DNA of 55,092 nt from Chromera velia (Eukaryota), in contig JAHBMJ010000145.1 in assembly GCA_018398765.1 (NCBI GenBank), forward strand, positions 1 through 55,092, in the 5' to 3' direction. A program made the position numbers and the translations under genes. A model generated the notes under the pieces. The model ran no database searches and was not told where the DNA came from. It was given only the letters and a program-made list of their open reading frames with translations. This document shows positions 46,956 through 55,092 of this stretch, piece after piece. The stretch's first letter is position 1. Each line of letters starts with the position of its first letter.

Positions 46956-48248
46956 TTACCTTCCGACAAGATAAAGCCCCGCCCACGTTCTGAACCAGGC
47001 CCCGTAGTCATCGAAGAATGACATGGAGGCGCAGAGTCGCGGGTTCATCTCCATGACCATGGGCTTATCCAGGTCGCTCTTCTTGTACTTGATGTCGAAG
47101 CAGCCCAACCCCCGGTAGTGCACTTTCCTCAACAGCTTTTCGAAATTTGCAATCATCGCGGGGGGGATGGAATCGTGCTCTAGTGTGGACCTCTTACGCT
47201 CAGGTTTGTGGTGCGCGACCGCATTTTCGGTATTGTACTCATCTCTGGTAATCTTCATCTGAAGAAAACCCCCATGATCGTCTGAGTAAACGAAATGGAA
47301 ACTGTCCTCGTACTTGGACATCACCCACTCCTGTAGGGTGAAATCAGAGGGGTTCAGAAATGTGTACGAGCCAGTGCCGTACTCGATCGGTCTGTTGAAG
47401 AAGTCGAGCAGTTGCTCCTCGCTGTCTACTTTCTTGTACAACTTTTCTTTATGTGCCCCCCCCATCCCATTCGCGGGCTTGACCATGATGGGATAGCTCA
47501 CCGCACTTCGTCCTGCTTCGTTGAGGGTGCACCTGTCGGGTACCGCATCTGGGGTGTCCGTATTAGACATCTGATTACAGGAGAGGAGGCTATCGGGGTC
47601 GTAGTTTGGAATGGTGTAGTCTTCCAGACCGGTCTCCTTCAGTGTCTGTTGGAAGTGTTCTTTGTCTACGACGCGGACGAGGTCGGCCTCGTTTTCCATT
47701 CCCTGCGATGTCATGAGAACTGACAGCGGCCAGCCTTTGGCTTTCAACTGAACCATGGGCTCAATTCTCCACTCGGCCATACCGAAGGTTACCAGGTCAA
47801 TCTGCTTCTCTTTGATGAAGGCATCAAGCTTTACAAGTGCCTCAGACGAAACAGCAGGACCAAGGTTCAGCAAGGCATCCTTGACCTCTTCGTCTGCAAT
47901 ATCGTCAGATGTTGTCAGCTGGATGTTTGCTGCCTTGAACTTCTCCTCCCCCCCCAGGTCCTGCCCGTACCACTTCTGTGCTGCGAGGACGGAGATCGGA
48001 GCGGGCAAGATCGGAGCGGGCGGGGTGGTGGACCCGCGCAATGCCTGAGGTCCATTCTTTTGTCCGTTCTTTTGAGAAATCACCCAGACAACGAAAATAG
48101 AGCACAAAACTGCCAGGGTGACGTAAAGCGCCCAGACAGGAAGCGAAAGTTTAACGCAGCATGTTTTCCGTAGACACCCTTCCTTGCCTTGAGGCTGGAC
48201 GATTGGAGTCTCAGAGTTCAACGGTACCACCTGTGCGGAGTCTGACAT
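46956..48248 (-). CDS. Intronless ATP-grasp fold protein with an N-terminal transmembrane anchor (430 aa)
   Basis: DKEHFQQTL..GL...IP, YPIMVKPANGMGG, LQEWV, YRGLGCFDIKY and VMEMNPRL (E-x-N-x-R) in ATP-grasp order; hydrophobic LPVWALYVTLAVLCSIFVVWVI near the N-terminus. Confidence 0.88.
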   Translation of the reverse strand: MSDSAQVVPLNSETPIVQPQGKEGCLRKTCCVKLSLPVWALYVTLAVLCSIFVVWVISQKNGQKNGPQALRGSTTPPAPILPAPISVLAAQKWYGQDLGGEEKFKAANIQLTTSDDIADEEVKDALLNLGPAVSSEALVKLDAFIKEKQIDLVTFGMAEWRIEPMVQLKAKGWPLSVLMTSQGMENEADLVRVVDKEHFQQTLKETGLEDYTIPNYDPDSLLSCNQMSNTDTPDAVPDRCTLNEAGRSAVSYPIMVKPANGMGGAHKEKLYKKVDSEEQLLDFFNRPIEYGTGSYTFLNPSDFTLQEWVMSKYEDSFHFVYSDDHGGFLQMKITRDEYNTENAVAHHKPERKRSTLEHDSIPPAMIANFEKLLRKVHYRGLGCFDIKYKKSDLDKPMVMEMNPRLCASMSFFDDYGAWFRTWAGLYLVGR

Positions 48249-49701
48249 GTTGGCTCAACTGATTCGGGTCTCAACAATTAACGCTCAACAAGCTTTCGAT
48301 GAATTCTCGCGACAAATGCTCTTTGAAGTAACGCTGTGTGCATGCGTGTCTGACTCGGAGCTGCTCTCTGTATATACTTGGCTGTGCGCGTACGTGAAGC
48401 ATATCATACGTATCAGCATACGTCTACTAGCCAGTCTGTTGCAATGATCGGCGTTGTAGTAGCGGCTCTCCAGATACGACTGACCGCAAAGGTCAGTACG
48501 TAGACGACTGACCTTCATTCCCCTCCCCCCCGCAACGCAAATTGCAACAGCCCCTATAGCTGCATGCAAGCAACAGCCTGCATGCATGCAACAGTCACGC
48601 ATGTGGATGTGACCTCCGGGCCCCGGCTGCGGCCGCGGGGCCGACCGCGGGCATGGTGCATCCACGCTGATTCCACAGTATTATCCACTGTTCAGAAAAT
48701 GCAATAAAGTTCATCATCGAACCTGGCCTTACCCAGATATGAGTACGGCTTAGCTCTTTCGATTACTTTGAATGTTTTTTTTTTTTTTATGGAGTGAAAT
48801 TTTAATCTATGTATGGTCTTTTTGTTTGTGTTCATACGTGTATGATTTTTCAATATTAATTGTTCTCTATATTTCTTATAATTTATCACAGGCTTATACA
48901 ATCTATGTCGGAATCCAGAATCTACAAAGACCAAAGCTTGGGAAACTGTTTTTAAAAAATGTAGCATAATATACGGCGTTTGATTATATTTGATTTTAAT
49001 ATTCAAATTGATAACAATAAGATTGCAAGGAACTGGCCTGCTTCGCACGTTGCTACCAAGCTTTATAAAGCTGTAGGCACCTCTTTATAAGCCAATCACA
49101 ATGGCATATGATACTGATAACCATGATAAATGCATTACATTATACGCCATCGTCCGAGCTGCCAAATTTAAAGCACTGCTCATTAATTGTTATAATTAAG
49201 CCGTAACACAGCTACCAACACAGAATATATCAAATTACATACATAATACGTCTACATACGTGATCGTACGCGGCTTACTAGATGCTTAGTAAGTTAACTT
49301 AGAACTTAATCAAGACCTAGATCAAGACACGCTATCAAAAACATTTAAAAACCCTAAATAAACTAGCCGGAATATTGTTTTCAAGCTAGTTTTGAAGACA
49401 TTGCGCTCGCGATCAACCTGATTTATCTGGCAGGCTTTTGGCAGTGTGCTTCTAGGCTTGCTCACATGGAACATATTGCAAACCAAAAATATTCCAAGAA
49501 AGTCTCTGGGAAAGTCCCGATAAGCGTCCCTCTGCGTGGACCCACTCTCGTCACCGTCTCTCGTGAAGACATCTAGGGAAACATCCTCAGACCGGCCAAG
49601 GGAAACGTTGACTATTACTAAACAGCTGAGAACGGAAGCTCAATCGCTTCAAATACTTCCACCAGTGGCTCCATCAGTCTGACAGTCAAACAATCAGTCC
49701 C

Positions 49702-53930
<4,229 letters not shown>

Positions 53931-54785
53931 CTGCGGAGAGCTAGCCGTGGGAACGAGACCGATGCACGATCTGACGGGCAAAGGAGCCAAGAAAGAGCGG
54001 CCTGCCTCAGTGTAAAGGAAGGCAGACGTCAGGTGAGGCACACAGCATCGGTGCATTACATTCACGGTGAGGTTCTTACAAGCAGTGTGTACACATTGTC
54101 AGGTCGAATTAAAGCGGAGATTTAAGCGGAGACGGGACGTGCAGATCACTGCATCAGGCTGCATGTGTTCGAAAATTATATACATATAGGAATAAACAGT
54201 CTGATGCCGCGCCAGAGGGGCCCCGGCATGCCCCGGGCGGCCAGCTATTTGCGTACGATACCGATACGTGCATGCATGCATGAACACACACCGATACATT
54301 TGACTATACGTGGACCATGCAGGGAAGGTCTGACACACGGATCTCACCCGAAAAAAGTGTGTATCCCGATCCAAATTATCTCCTCTGAACCACAGTGGAG
54401 GGCAGCTCTGCAGAGGAAGGGCCCCCGGAACAAAAAATTCTGCATTACTTTCGGCCCGAGGATCGATAATCGATGCAAATCCCTGCAATTATCATAAGGA
54501 GTCTGATCGACCCAACCGTCGAAGCAAAGGAGATCAACAACAGAGTTCCAACGGAGTCCTCCCAGGACATCCTCCGACCACATGTTTGAAGTGCCCAGCT
54601 GTTTTTTCATCTTTCGATCTTTTTGAAACGATCAAAAACGAATATTAATTTAACAACGACTGTTCAGCTTGTCACCGAGAAGAACACTCTGTCAAGTCGA
54701 AGTCGTGCCCTCCTTTCCAAGGACGGTCAATCGAAAAACGAGATTCTCCTCTACAAGCACCTTCCTGCACACCCAGTGACACAAA

Positions 54786-55092
54786 ATGGAGGCCGGCAAC
54801 GCTTATCACGGGCAGATCCGCGACGGTCTGTTCCACGGGAAGGGAACTCTCATCTACGCAGGAAACGAAAAGTATGAGGGAGAGTTTTCCTTCGGAAAGA
54901 GAGAGGGACACGGGCGATTCACCTACGCAGACGGCGCCGTGTATGAGGGGCAGTGGGTGGACGACCGCATCCACGGCCAGGGAGTCGCACAGTTCGCCTC
55001 TGGAAACAGATACGATGGACAGTGGGAGAACGGCCGCATCAACGGCTATGGAAAGCTCTCGTACTCGAACGGCGACGAGTATGAGGGCGAGT
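54786..55092 (+). CDS. MORN1: MORN-repeat protein, apicomplexan MORN1 orthologue (partial, runs off the window; absent from the ORF track)
   Basis: MEAGNAYHGQIRDGLFHGKGTLIYAGNEKYEGEFSFGKREGHGRFTYADGAVYEGQWVDDRIHGQGVAQFASGNRYDGQWENGRINGYGKLSYSNGDEYEGE: 23-aa MORN repeats, closely matching the Toxoplasma MORN1 N-terminus as I recall it. Confidence 0.92.
   Translation, partial: MEAGNAYHGQIRDGLFHGKGTLIYAGNEKYEGEFSFGKREGHGRFTYADGAVYEGQWVDDRIHGQGVAQFASGNRYDGQWENGRINGYGKLSYSNGDEYEGE

Noticed and set aside
1122..48248. Metabolic cluster linking OTC and the ATP-grasp gene as a carbamoyl-phosphate synthetase partner
   Set aside because: They are about 44 kb apart with unrelated genes between, and the ATP-grasp protein lacks CPS architecture.

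Overview
Eukaryotic, intron-rich nuclear DNA with microsatellite-filled introns. It is most likely a photosynthetic relative of apicomplexans (chromerid, probably Chromera velia). This is an inference from an apicomplexan-type MORN1, a signal-peptide-bearing LPA1-like plastid protein and abundant TGCATGCA. Hand splicing supports these genes in order: SUMO (-), bacterial-type ornithine carbamoyltransferase (+), a 13.5-kb membrane hybrid histidine kinase (TM-HisKA-HATPase-REC; -), an unknown possibly damaged gene (-), an intronless ankyrin-like repeat protein (-), an LPA1/DUF3493-like protein (+), a 176-aa coiled-coil protein (-), an unknown membrane protein (+), a phospholipid scramblase (+), an intronless membrane-anchored ATP-grasp enzyme (-), an S9 peptidase (-) and MORN1 (+, truncated by the window end). 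No rRNA, convincing tRNA, CRISPR array or intact transposon was seen. The most unusual signals are TpA-rich AT blocks on the 3' side of genes with neighbouring decayed exons (possible RIP-like C->T erosion), the signal-anchored ATP-grasp gene, the micro-exon and split-receiver architecture of the histidine kinase, and repeated duplication of 5' splice sites. Family assignments are from motif recognition by eye; no searches were run.
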